From: the human T2T-CHM13v2.0 reference genome, Homo sapiens
NCBI RefSeq assembly: GCF_009914755.1
Contig: NC_060930.1
Reading direction: 5' to 3' (one strand)
Length of the DNA stretch: 64,000 nt
Shown here one piece after another: positions 45,125 to 59,394 of the stretch; position 1 is the stretch's first letter; the number at the start of each line of letters is the position of its first letter. The translations under genes were made by a program, and so were the position numbers. Below the pieces are notes generated by a model. It searched no databases, was not told where the DNA came from, and saw only the letters and a list, made by a program, of their open reading frames with translations.

Positions 45125-45433
45125 TATTTCTTTTTCTTTTTTTCTCTCTTTTTTTTTTGAGACAAGGTCTTGCTGTGTCTCCCAGCAGGAGTGCAGTGGC
45201 AGGATCATGGCTCATGGCAGCCTCCCAGCCTCAGGTGATCCTCCCACCTCAGCCCCCAGAGTAGCTGGGACTACAGGCTCGTGCCACCATATCTGGCTAA
45301 TTTTTGTATTTTTTGTAGAGGCAGGGTTTCACCGTGTTGCTCAGGCTGGTCTCAAACTCCTGGGCTCCAGTGTTCCACCCTCCTCAGCCTCCCATAGTGT
45401 TGGGATTACAGGTGTGAGCCACTGTGCCTGGCC
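45125..45433 (-). mobile_element. AluJ-like
   Basis: Antisense body with tttttgtagag and ctcctgggctc. Confidence 0.85.
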
Positions 45434-46152
45434 CAGTTTATCCATTTCTGATGATGGATGGTTTCCAGTGTTTGAGTATTTTGATATTGCCACGAATGTT
45501 CTTGTTCATGTTTTTTGATGTCTACGCTCAAAACTTTCTCTAGAGAATATACCTAGACTAGAATCACATAGTGGGATAAAGAGTCATATGTTTTCAAATT
45601 TACCAGGTAATGCCACATTTTTCAAAGTAGTTGTATCAATTAACAGTTTTACTTATAGTACACGAGTTCCTAGTCAACACGCAATATTTTCAAACTTTGA
45701 AACTTTTGTCCATCTGGCACCTGTAGAATATTATCTCATTGTGGTTTTAATTTGCATTTCTTCAATTACTAATGTAATTAAACATATTTACATATGTTTA
45801 TTTATCATTTACATTTCCTTCATTGTGAAATACTTGTTCAGGTTCCCTTTCTCTTTTCTACTGTTTATTTTATTTTATTTTTCTTTTTTTTAATTTTACT
45901 TTAAGTTCTGAGATACATGTGCAGAATGTGCAGTTTTTTTGTTTGTTTATTTTTTTTTTTAGTATTTATTGATCATTCTTGGGTGTTTCTCAGAGAGGGG
46001 GATGTGGCAGGGTCATAGGATAATAGTGGAGAGAAGGTCAGCAGATAAACACGAGAACAAAGGTCTCTGGTTTTCCTAGGCAGAGGTCCCTGCGGCCTTC
46101 GGCCCTGTTTGTGTCCCTGGGTACTTGAGATTAGGGAGTGGTGATGACTCTT

Positions 46153-47255
<1,103 letters not shown>

Positions 47256-47591
47256 TGATGACTCTTAACAAGCATGCTGCCTTCAAGCATCTGTTTAACA
47301 AAGCACATCTTGCACCGCCCTTAATCCATTTAACCCTGAGTTGACACAGCACATGTTTCAGAGAGCAGGGGGTTGAGGGTAAGGTTATAGATTAACAGCA
47401 TCCCAAGGCAGAAGAATTTTTCTTAGTACAGAACAAAATGGAGTCTCCTATGTCTACTTCTTTCTACACAGACACGGTAACAATCTGATCTCTCTTTCTT
47501 TTCCCCGCATTTCTCCCTTTTCTTTTCGACAAAACCACCATCGTCATCATGGCCCGTTCTGGATGATTGCTATCTCTTTGGAGCTGTTGGG

Positions 47592-48690
47592 TACACTTCC
47601 CAGATGGGGCGGCCGGGCAGAGGCGTTCCTCACATCCCAGACGGGGTGGCGGCCGGGCAGAGGCGCTCCTCACCTCCCAGACGGGGCGGCCAGGCAGAGA
47701 CACCCCTCACCTCCCAGATGGGGTGGCCGGGCAGAGGCGCCCACTTCCCAGACGGGGTGGCCAGGCAGAGGCGCTCCCCACCTCCCAGACAAAGAGCGGC
47801 CAGGCAGAGGCGCCCCTCACTTTCCAGGCAGGGCAGCCGGGCAGAGACTCCCCTCACCTCCCAGACAGGGCAGCAGCTGGGCAGAGGCGCTCCTCACTTC
47901 CCAGACGGGGTGGCGGCCGGGCAGAGACGCCCCTCGCCTCCCAAACGGGGAGGGGCCGGGCAGAGGCGCTCCCCACCTCCCAGACGAAGGGCGGCCGGGC
48001 AGAGACGCCCCTCACTTCCTAGTCTAGGCGGCCGGGCAGAGACACCCGTCACCTCCCAGACAGGGTGGCGGCCGGGCAGAGGTGCCCCTCACTTCCCAGA
48101 CGGGGTGGTGGCCGGGCAGAGATGCCCCTCACCTCCCAGACGGGGCGGCCGTGCAGAGGCGCCCCTCACCTCCCGGACGGGGCGGCCGGGCAGAGGCGCC
48201 CCTCACCTCCCAGACGGGGCGGCCGGGCAGAGGCGCTCCTCACCTCCTGGACGGGGCGGCCGGGCAGAGGCGCTCCTCACCTCCCGGATGGGGCATCCGG
48301 GCAGAGGCGCTCCTCACTTCCCAGACGGGGCGGCCGGGCAGAGGCGCTCCTCACTTCCCATTCAGGGCAACCAGGCAGAGGCGCTCCTCACTTCCTCCCA
48401 GACGGGGCGGCGGGGCAGAGGCGCTCCTCACTTCCCAGAGGGGGCGGCCAGGCAGAGGTGCTCTTCACTTCCCATTCGGGGCAGCCGGGCAGAGGTGCTC
48501 CTCACTTCCTCCCAGACTGGGCGGCCGGGCAGAGGCGCTTCTCACGTCCCAGACAATGGGCGGCCAGGCAGAGACGTTCCTCACTTCCTAGAGGGGGCGG
48601 CGGGGCAGAGGGGCTCCTTACATCCCAGACGATGGGTGGCCAGGGAGAGACGCTGCTCACTTCCTAGACGGGGTGACCGGCGGGCAGAGG
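47592..48690. repeat. SVA VNTR, units of about 35-42 bp
   Basis: Repeated cctcacctcccagacggggcggccgggcagaggcgc units. Confidence 0.95.
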
Positions 48691-49257
48691 CTGTAATCTT
48701 AGCATTTTGGGAGGCCAAGGCAGGCCGCTGGGAGGTGGAGGTTGTAGCAAGCCGAGATCAAGCCACTGCACTCCAGCCTGGGCAACATTGAGCATTGAGT
48801 GAGCGAGACTCCGTCTGCAATCCCAGCACCTCGGGAGGCGGAGGCGGGCAGATCATCCGAGGCCAGGAGCTGGAGACCAGCCCGGTCAACACGGCGAAAC
48901 CCCGTCTCCACCAAAAATACAAAAACCAGTCAGGAGTGGCGGCGCGTGCCTGGCAGGCCGAGGCGGGAGAATCACCGGAGCCCGAGGCAGGGAGGTTGCA
49001 GCGAGCCGAGATCATGGCGGTACAGTCCAGGCTCCGCAAGAAAGGGAGACCGTAGAAAGGGGAGAGGGGAGAGGGGAGACGGGAGAGGGGAGAGGGGAGA
49101 GGGGAGAGGGGAGAGGGCTTTTCTACTGTTTTTTATTTTTTTCTTATTATCTTGATACTAACAATGACCCTGTGTTAATTTTATCATCTCGCAATTTGTG
49201 GATATCTAAAAAACTGTGTATTTATGTACTTTAAAAAGTTTTATGTACTTTTAAAAA

Positions 49258-49550
<293 letters not shown>

Positions 49551-51258
49551 AACAGAAACTCCCTCCCCATGCAAAATCCCTTAAGTTCTTAATTTAATGT
49601 AGTTAAAATGATCAATCTTTCTCTTTTTAGCTTGTTTTTTTAAAAAAAGTTTAAAATATACATAACACAAAATTTACCATTTTAACCATTTGTAAGTGTA
49701 CAGTTCAGTGGCATTAACTACGTTCACATTATTGTGCAACTATCACCATTATCCATCTCCAGAACTGCTTATGCTTTTTCTTAATGTCTTGTTAAATAAA
49801 TTCTTTGGACCATCAAGACCATAAAGACCGTCTATATATTTGTTTTAAATTCTTAAAATTTTGCCTTTCATATACAAGTTCTTAAATCATCTGGAATTGA
49901 TTTTTTATATAGTAGGAGGTAGGGAATACATTTTTCCTCCCTATAGACAGCCAATTGTCCCAGCACCATTTAGAATTGTCTATTTTTTTCTTCCATTGAT
50001 TTGTACGGTGGATCTGTCATATACTAAGTTTCCTCATAGGTGTGGGACCATGTTTGGGTTTTCTATTCTGTTCCATTGATTGATGACTTTATTCTTGTAC
50101 CAATATTGTAATGTCTTAAATACTAATGAATTAAGATTAGCCTTCCATCTGCCTGAAATGCTATTCTCCTAAAGATAGACATGACTAAATCCCAAGTTTT
50201 CTTCTGGTCTCTGTTTCATGGCCACATTCTTAGCCAGCCTTTCCTGGCTATCTTTTCTAAAATTTCATTATCTCCTTGAAAAACTTTACATTCTTCTTTT
50301 CTGATTAATTTCTTTCTGTTTAGTAGTTGTTATCTAACATAATTATTTATGTCTTTAACTTGTTTATTGTCTCTCTTCCCCATTAGAAGATTTATAAGAG
50401 CAGGATTTTTTGGCTCTCTCATCATTCTCATATCCCCAGCATAGAAAATGTTGCCTGGCACTTAGTAAGTGTTTAATTACTATTTCTGGAACACACCAAA
50501 TAATGCTGATATATGGAAGGGTAGTGTTTCTTCACCGTGCTACCATTAAGAATGTGCTTTCTGTCAGTTCTCCTGCTCCTTGATTTTGACTAATAAAGCA
50601 ATCTAAAGCAAATGGAGAGAGAATGAAGTGCTTTCTTTAGGTTGTTTCCCAGCCAACTCCGAGAGGTAGGCAGTGAAATGGGGAGGGTGGAGGGCCAGAG
50701 GTTGGCTAACTCTGCATTAGCTTTTATGGGTCAGCTATCTTGCTGGAAATACCTCATGTTCTCTGCTTTTCATGGCAAACACAGCTGGTAGGACCTAGAA
50801 TTTACAGCATGCTTACTCAGTAAAGAAGCTTACCACGCCTTTGGTTTTCAGGGCGACACACCCCGCTCAGAAGAGGAATGAACACTCACTTAGATTTACC
50901 AAGCATGGCAACTAAATTCTCAGCTGTAAGTGTGACACTTTTTGGGATAGAAGTTCTGGAGCTGTGGAGGAGTTATCTCAGGGTGAATGCCACGTGGGGC
51001 AGTCTGTCTGTAGCTGGGTAATGCCCAAGGCAGGCACTGAATTGAGCAGTGATGATTCATGGAAATTCTGCCAGAGAAGGTACTCTGTGCTTTATTACAG
51101 GCTAAACTAGGAAGCCAACTCATTCTGGAAGGAATGTGTATAATGTTTTCAGATGAGGACTTGAAGTTTTATAGGTTGGAGTCACATTTGATTCAAACCA
51201 TCTGTTTAATGGGAAGCTGAACCCAGCATTTTTTTTCATATGTCTCTCACAGTATTCA

Positions 51259-51592
<334 letters not shown>

Positions 51593-53220
51593 TCAGTTTC
51601 ATAAGTATTTATTGAGGGCCCATGGAGTGCCAGGCACTGGGGTCACAGAAATGAATGAAACAGTCATCCCTGTTTTTGAGATGCTATGGTTCAGTGGAAG
51701 TAAAACTTACATGTTTATGTATGTTTTCCTTCCCATGATTGTGAGGTCAATGTCTGTATTTACAAGAATCTTGGTTGCCAGGGCTGAGCATTGTGTCAAT
51801 CAATTTTTTGTAGATGAAGTGAATACATGAAAGAGCTCACAGTGATTTACTGAACATGGCTGCTGAAATGTATAACATTATTGTGCATTATTGCTACCGT
51901 GATATGCGGATTTATATTGCAATTGCCTCTGGATTCAGAAAAACACCCTTCACAGTGAGGTAGTGACCAAAACTGTGGCATTAGGAAACAATAAAAATGC
52001 TGGAATAGCTGACCAACACAGGGTATTTTGTTCCCCGGGGCTTAAAATCAGTTTTTAATATGATGAAAAGGCAGCTATTATGTGACATAGTAAGATATTG
52101 GTATGTTAAGCATGAACATATATTTCCAGTTTTCTCTGAGCTGGTCATGAAATGACACTGGCTACTTCGTCTTTTAATTGGGCAGATATTGTAGGAAGTA
52201 CTTTGGGGATCACAGAGATGAACAAAAGGGCTCATCCAAAGAAAGCTTAAAACCTAGTAGTGCTGGAATTCTTAACTAGCCACATATGGTGATCTTGAAC
52301 CTCTTGAAATAGTATAGATGTGTGTGTAGGTGCATTTTTCTGAAGAGAGCTTTCATCACATTGTCCAGTGGTTCATAGACCTAATTAACATCCCTCTACT
52401 ACAGAAGTTCTTAATCTTGATCTTCCAAAAGATAAAGAACTTCTGTAGTAGAGGGCTATAATTATTTAAAGAACTACACCATATGGGAGTCATGAAGAGC
52501 CTCAGGGGTTTAAATGAGGAGCAAAACAGGTGGCAACACTGAGTAGTTTCATTATAAAATCCTTGACAATTTTGCAGGAGAAAATTTCTTTGCCTCTAGT
52601 GATAAAAACATTTTTCATATTTAACAGTAGTTATTTTTTCTATGAGTTACCTCTTCTTCTTCTTGTCCTATTTTTCTGTTTGTGTCTTAGGATTTTTTTC
52701 CTAATGAGTTAACTTCTTTGTATCCTGATGGCATTAACCTTTTCGATGTTATACTTTTGGTAGACCTTTCTCTAGTTTGATGAGTGCAAAATACTTCTGT
52801 GAATTTTTTACATGCATAATTTTATATTTTTTATGGTCAAGTCTTTATATCTTTTTTCTTTGTAATTTATAATATTTAAATTTGTTTGCTATCCAGAGAT
52901 AAGATATTCATGTAAATATTCTTATGGTCTGTGGTGCAGGTTTTTTCAGGCAGTTTATATGCTTTCAGGTGTCTTCTTTGGACCACGTGATGTATTTGTA
53001 TTACGTATTTGTATTATGTATTTAATACAGAGAGGAAGAAATGAGGTGAAGCTCTGCTGTCATATTACTGGAATTGGTGTAGTGAGATCGTTAGCACAGT
53101 GGGGCCTGGAGAGTTTCTCTGGGTTTGAACATGGCTCTGACATTTTGTGTCCTTTTGACTTCATTTAACTTCTCTGTTCTTCAGTTTCCGTATCTAGAAA
53201 ATACGTTTAATATAATAACC

Positions 53221-53485
<265 letters not shown>

Positions 53486-53699
53486 TTATGTGGTTATGAT
53501 AATAAAATGAGTTGATATGTAAACCACTTAGAACAGGTCCTGATATAAAGTCAGTGCCAGCCACAGTTTAGTCCAGGCTGGGTAGATGCTTTGAAGCTTG
53601 ATATTGTTTCAATGTACTTTGCATTTCTAAAAACGTGAACATTTCAAAGCATTCATTTGATCTCCTAAGGACTACCTATACCGGAGCCTCATTCCAGCA

Positions 53700-54770
53700 C
53701 ATTTGTAAGCGAGGCACGCCTCCTAGAGGCCACGAGTGAAGTTAATTTCCAGTTCTCGAAAATCTTACAGACAGCGGAGAACTGGTGTGGTGGCTCTGAC
53801 GCCCCGCTTGTGAGTCTGCAGTCGGACATCTGGAAAGTAAGCGGCACGTCCGCGTGATTTCCAGTGCTTCATCTTCTTCCACCCTACCTTCCCTCCGAGG
53901 CTGGGTTCTTCTAATTCCTGTAGATTGCAGAGCGATTCCTGCGAATGTGCCTTCTTTCATTCATTCTAGTTCATTCCACAGATAATTCAGCTGCGCGCTT
54001 CCTCTGTGCGAGGCATTGCCGGAGAGCGGGGAGCGAATTGAACGTGGAACCTGCCAGTAGGGGCTTGCCGCCCAATACGAAATTCAACATATGTATTGTA
54101 TGTAGACGGGCAAACTAACGAGGATCTTGTAACTTGTTTTCTCATCTGCCAAATGGGGGTAATACGATCTTATAGGACCTTATAGGTCGCTGAAAGATTA
54201 AACGAGCGGAAAAAAAAGAGCCCCTAATAGTGAGCTAGGTGCAAAAAAGATCCTAATGCCTTTTTTCCTCATTCCTCCCCAGATTGAAAGTGATGAGTGC
54301 CAGCCCTGCGGGTTAAAGCGCCATATTTTCCTCAATATAGGGAATATTTGTTAGTGTCCCCAGACGAAGTTACATTGGTTCAATTTTCGGCGTGTGGGAG
54401 TTTTCGCCACTAGCATTCAGCACCCCAGTTTTAACCGTTAAAGCTACCGACTCCACATACAGGAAATGCATCTTAAAATTTGGAAAAAAAATCCCCAAAA
54501 CACTGACATCCAAACACTTTAAAGCTGCCAAGGTGGACGGAACACCTTGAATTCCCAGACGCGCTCCACTGAGCATGCCCAGAGCCTCAGGCCAAACCCC
54601 CTCCTACCCGCCAAGGGGAGGTGGGGCAGGGCTGGCCTTCTGTGCTAGTCACTTCCTCTTCCGGTTTCATATGAACTCTCCCGCCACCCGGGAACAGTGG
54701 CTGCCACCGTTTGTGTTTTCCCGAGTTTGAATTCTTGCAGGTAGGGGAAACTTCCGCGAATTTAGGACAG
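53700..54770 (+). promoter_or_regulatory. PRIM2: PRIM2 CpG-rich promoter region
   Basis: Marked local excess of CpG relative to the flanks; tandem ETS/GABP-type cores CACTTCCTCTTCCGG (54650-54664); E2F-like TTTTCGCC (54401-54408); YY1-like CGCCATATT (54319-54327). Typical of a G1/S replication gene. Confidence 0.8.
54655..54740 (+). other. PRIM2: PRIM2 non-coding first exon (5' boundary approximate)
   Basis: Lies at the 3' side of the CpG-rich region; ends at CAG|gtaggg donor (54741), 735 nt upstream of the ATG-bearing exon; agrees with my recollection of the PRIM2 5' UTR. Confidence 0.75.
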
Positions 54771-55484
54771 AGAGCAATCCTGTTATTAAGGCTTGCAAGT
54801 CGAGAGAAAGGAGAGATGGATCACTTTGCAGGCAGCAGTAGCAGAAGGACAGACTTGGCGGGTTGGTTGTTTGGGGCAGACACCCAGGTACCAGGGAGGA
54901 GTTGGGGAGAGATAGGTTTGCCAGTGGAGTGAGGAGGGGTGTTGGGGATGGAACTTTTGTAAGGCACTTGTGGATGCTCCCGAAAAGGAGTTCCGAAAGA
55001 CAGTTGCTCTGTTTCCCAGAGTCATAACAGAGGAAGTGAGTAACTGGACCCAGTCCATCAAGTAAGACCCTCATTTAGCCAGAACCTACAGCACTTTCCT
55101 CTAAGTTCAGGATTGCAGACCACGTAAAACCTTATGTTAACTCTTGGGATCGTAAAGATCCAAGAACAGTGACACACAGGCCTATAATGAGCAGGCAACA
55201 TCACCTGACTTTCATGTTGCTGAAAATTAGGATCACCACCTGCATCTGCTCTAGCGCCTCTCCCACCCCCATTACAAAATTATTATAGGTGTATTGTAGA
55301 AAATCTGGAAACGAGAGAAGGACATCACCCAGGAATTGCCACTGCTAACATTTTGTGCATGCCCTCAAATCCATTTTTTTTCTGTGTTTGTGGAATTATT
55401 TTTTCGTGTTTTTTCTTTTTTTTCCCCCAACTTTGTTTTCCATCATTTTACGCTTTTTGTGTACTTCCTTCTAAGGTGACCAAG

Positions 55485-55638
55485 ATGGAGTTTTCTGGAA
55501 GAAAGTGGAGGAAGCTGAGGTTGGCAGGTGACCAGAGGAATGCTTCCTACCCTCATTGCCTTCAGTTTTACTTGCAGCCACCTTCTGAAAACATATCTTT
55601 AATAGAATTTGAAAACTTGGCTATTGATAGAGTTAAAT
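55485..55638 (+). CDS. PRIM2: PRIM2 first coding exon (exon 55476-55638), codons 1-52
   Basis: Acceptor cttccttctaag|GTGAC at 55475/55476; ATG at 55485 in strong Kozak context caagATGg; translates [51 protein letters not shown], the human PRIM2 N-terminus; donor T|gtaagt at 55639 (phase 1). Confidence 0.98.
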
Positions 55639-55699
55639 GTAAGTACTATTTAAATTAGAATGTATATATTCTTGAGAAGCTCACTTACCCTTTGTGAGA

Positions 55700-56910
55700 A
55701 TGAATGAAGGTAATTCATTTCCTTCATTCAGCAATCCATTCAACAAGTATTTATTGAGGTAATTCATATCCTTCATTCAGCAATCCATTCAACAAATATT
55801 TGTTGAGGGTTTGGTACTCATTCATTTATTTATTGTACAATGCATATTATTGAGTGCCATTATGTTCTAGGTGGCAGGGATTTTGAGATGAATAATGTTA
55901 TTTTTTGTTGAAGTTTTATTCTAGTACATGGAGACAGACATCCAAAATAATAGTCATAATTCAGTATTTTAACTACTCTAGTAGAAGTAAATGGTAGTGC
56001 TGTTGAAACAAAGAAGTGGGAGTGACTGACTTAGTCTTATTAAATGAGCTTCTTAGAGAAGTTGAAATGTGATCTGGACATACTGAAGAATGAGTAGAAA
56101 TTTTCCAGCAGAGAAGAAGTGAGGAGTTTTTCCAAGCTGAGATAATGGCCTATGCAAAGGCTTGGAGCATGAAAGAGAATTTCATATTTGAGCTAACAGT
56201 AACAAGTTCAGGAATTCAGGGTGGATGGAGAAGTATGGAGGGCATTTTGTGCCATGCTAATGATATGATATTGGGGTGTAAGAAGGATGTGGCCACCGTC
56301 CTGGGGGCCTACTTAATCCTCAGTGTGTTGCTAGAGAAAAGAATGGGCTAGACGTGAATTGAAACAGAAACACTAGCGTTGTCTTCAGAGTTTATGTTCC
56401 AGGATATCCCTGTGGGGAAATCAGAAGGAAAGGTGAGATACTGTTAATCATTCTTAGAGGAGCAGGGTAAGCACTGCTAATACAGAGAGGAGGCACTCAG
56501 TGCCTGTGTGTTGAATGAAAGAATGAAGACAAGGGAGAAAAGGGTTTTAGAAAGCTTAGCAGTGTCAATACTTCATAGGGATTAAGATGGTGATTGAAAA
56601 GTGTCCCTTGGGTTTGGCACTTGAGGTGAAATGATAAGGGCCTGAACTATGATAATGACAATGGCAGTGGTAGGAAGGGAGAGAGTTAAGGGATACTGAG
56701 GAGTTAGCATTGATAGGATTTGGTGACTGGATATGAGGAGTGAGGGAGCAGGTGTGGAGTGGCTGCAGTTCCTGCTTGGATGATCTGATGCATGGAAACT
56801 CTGCTGCTGGAGATGGGCATGGCAGGACGAAGAGTAGGAATGAGGGGAGGATAATTAATTTGGATACCCATACCTGTGGGACATGGGGTTTATGTTCAGG
56901 AGACAATTAG
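55700..56910 (-). mobile_element. Degraded L2 remnants in PRIM2 intron
   Basis: cattcaacaaatatttgttgag-type L2 3' end and purine-rich L2 body; boundaries approximate. Confidence 0.55.
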
Positions 56911-57496
56911 AAGTTCTTCATTCTTGACTTCAAAAATGCCTCCAGAGAATAATTCATCTGAGGAAAGATTGATATGGTGCTTTAGGAACCTTTGAACAGT
57001 ATGTAGCATCTGTTCAGGATGGTTCATTTGGCTGTTTGGATGGCCTTTCTTCTTCACTGTTGTGCTCTGTCCTCGGCTTCATCAGGAAAGGAAGGGATGC
57101 TTTTTTTCTGTTGAATCTATGCCAAGTAAATGATGCCTACTGCCTAACAGGCAGCTCCCATACGAAGGATGCAAACAAGGAGTGCCTAGTTTTTTTTTCC
57201 ATACTGACATACTTTTCTGTTCCTCAGGAATGATTATTCACCATCCATCCCTCTTCCCTGATTGAGAATCCCTGGTATTAAATTATGCTGTGGGACATGG
57301 ATATTTTCTGCACATAGATGGACATTATCCTCTTATAAGCATATGTAGTTTATATGATGTCGTTACAGGAAATAAACTGGCAATTACCTGTCATGTTCTG
57401 TAAACAAGTAATTATGGAATTGCCCTCCATAGATTTTGTCTTGGATTTAGTTTTAAAACATTATCTTGCATTTATACCTTTTTTCTTTTTTTTTAG

Positions 57497-57600
57497 TGTT
57501 AAAATCAGTTGAAAATCTTGGAGTGAGCTATGTGAAAGGAACTGAACAATACCAGAGTAAGTTGGAGAGTGAGCTTCGGAAGCTCAAGTTTTCCTACAGA
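57497..57600 (+). CDS. PRIM2: PRIM2 second coding exon (104 nt)
   Basis: Poly-T tract + ag at 57495-57496; continues the frame as (L)[34 protein letters not shown]; donor gtaagt at 57601 (phase 0). Confidence 0.98.
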
Positions 57601-57779
57601 GTAAGTAAAAAAGGAAAAAAAAGTTCCTTCAGTTTCTATGCATTTATGTATTGAGTGTCACTTGTGGGAAAGATATTATATTAGGCACTGGGCTTTTATA
57701 AAGACTAATGTATCATTAGCCTGAAGGTTCTTCAGTGTATTAGGGGTGATTGACATGAAGTCAGATGATTATAATATGG

Positions 57780-57915
57780 CAGGGTTTCTCAACCTCAGGA
57801 CTAACATCATTTTGGGTCTGATAATTCCTTGTTGCAGGGATTGTTCTGTGCACTGTAGGATGCTCAGTAGCATCTCTGGCTTCTACCCCTACATATTTCC
57901 AGACATGCCAAATGT
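57780..57915. mobile_element. MER20-like hAT DNA transposon remnant
   Basis: cagggtttctcaacctcagg...gtgcactgtaggatgctcagtagcatctctggc...tccagacatgccaaatg. Confidence 0.7.
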
Positions 57916-59394
57916 ATCCCGTGCAATACAGGATGATGACTGTGTTTATAGATGCATGCTCCAGGAACTCCAAAAACATACATAATTATGCAGCTCAGAT
58001 TGGGGAGGTTTGGGAAGGCTTTCCAGAAGAGGTAGTAGTGGAGCTGCATGTTGACAGATGTGATTAGATTTTCATTTTGGGAAGATGACTGCCAGCAGCA
58101 GATTGACAGGGTCATGTCTGTTAGGAGGGAAACCAGTTAGAAGCCCGGAAATGATGAGAGTCTGAATTAAATGAGAGAAGGGGACCGGTTGAAGAGACAT
58201 TAAGAAGGTAGAATCAAAAGGTTTTAGTGACTGATTGTAGGGGGAATGGAGAGAGAAGAGTTATAAATGACACCCAGGTTTCTAGTTAGGAAAATTAGTG
58301 GATGGTGGTAATATTTTGAGATGTGATATGCAGGAGGAGAAGCAAGTCTTGGAAGACGTAGAGTTTAGTTCTTAACATGAATTTGAGGTGCCTGTGGAGA
58401 TGTCTAGTGGACAATTGGATATACAGGTCTGAATATACAGGAAGACATGTGGTGGGAGTAGATTTAGCAGAAGGTTGGAATCATCAGGAGTAGGTAAGAG
58501 CACCCTAGAAAAATATTTGAGTGAGAAGAGATGACAGTGGAAGTTAAGACATGAGGAATACCAATATTGAAGGTAAAGTGGAATTGGAGGAATTTGGGAA
58601 GGAGAATGGAAAGGAGCTTTCTCAGAAGTAGGAGATGAACCAGGATAGTAGTGTCATAGAAGCCAAGGAGGGCTAGAGTTTCAATAATAATGATCATGAT
58701 ATTAATAATGATAATAGGGAATAACAGCAGATATTTATATTAATAGTATGTTTGCTATGTACCAGATTTTGTTCTAAGTGCATTACATATATTAACCCAT
58801 GTATGTAATTCATACAGCAGTCTTATGAGGTGGGTATTATTATCATCCCTATTTTACAGATACAGCCTATTTATTCACAGACTGAATAACTTGCCCAAGC
58901 TCATAAGATGGTAAATGGTGGAGCCAAGATTTGAATCTGGGTATTTTGTTTCTGTAGTGGTGCTTTTAACCACAATAGTTTCAGAAGCTTAAGATAGATT
59001 ATGTAAGATGAATTGTACAGTGTCCATTGGATTTAGCAGCTGGATGGGCCCTTATAGATAGGGGCAGAGACCAGAACAATGACAGTGGTTGGAGAAGGAA
59101 GGTGGAGCGGTGGATATAGAAGATGTACTTTTTTAAAATGTGTAGCTGAAAAGAGAAGAGAAATAGGGCAGAATATAGGGGTTGTTTTAGGGAAAAGAGA
59201 AGATATACAAGCACACACTTGTACATATATGACAGGAGATACTTAAACATGTTTATAAGCTGAGCAGAAGATCTAGAATAGAATGGGGAAGAGGGGAGCT
59301 TGAAGTTGAAACTTTGAGAGAGCATTTGATAAGTCAGGGTCTTTAAGAGGCACAAGCAAATGGGTTGCGGGGTTTAGGTGCAGGAATTAGCTTT

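Noticed and set aside
47592-48690. Array of about 37-bp repeats resembling a CRISPR array
   Set aside because: Tandem units without unique spacers, inside a recognisable SVA in primate DNA.
47563-48791. Long overlapping ORFs (395, 200, 169, 154 aa) with repetitive G/R/P-rich sequence
   Set aside because: They lie in the GC-rich SVA VNTR, which lacks stop codons by composition; no evidence of a real protein.
55353-55484. N-terminal extension of PRIM2 suggested by the ORF track
   Set aside because: This is the intron polypyrimidine tract read from a non-ATG start; the acceptor is at 55475 and the ATG at 55485.
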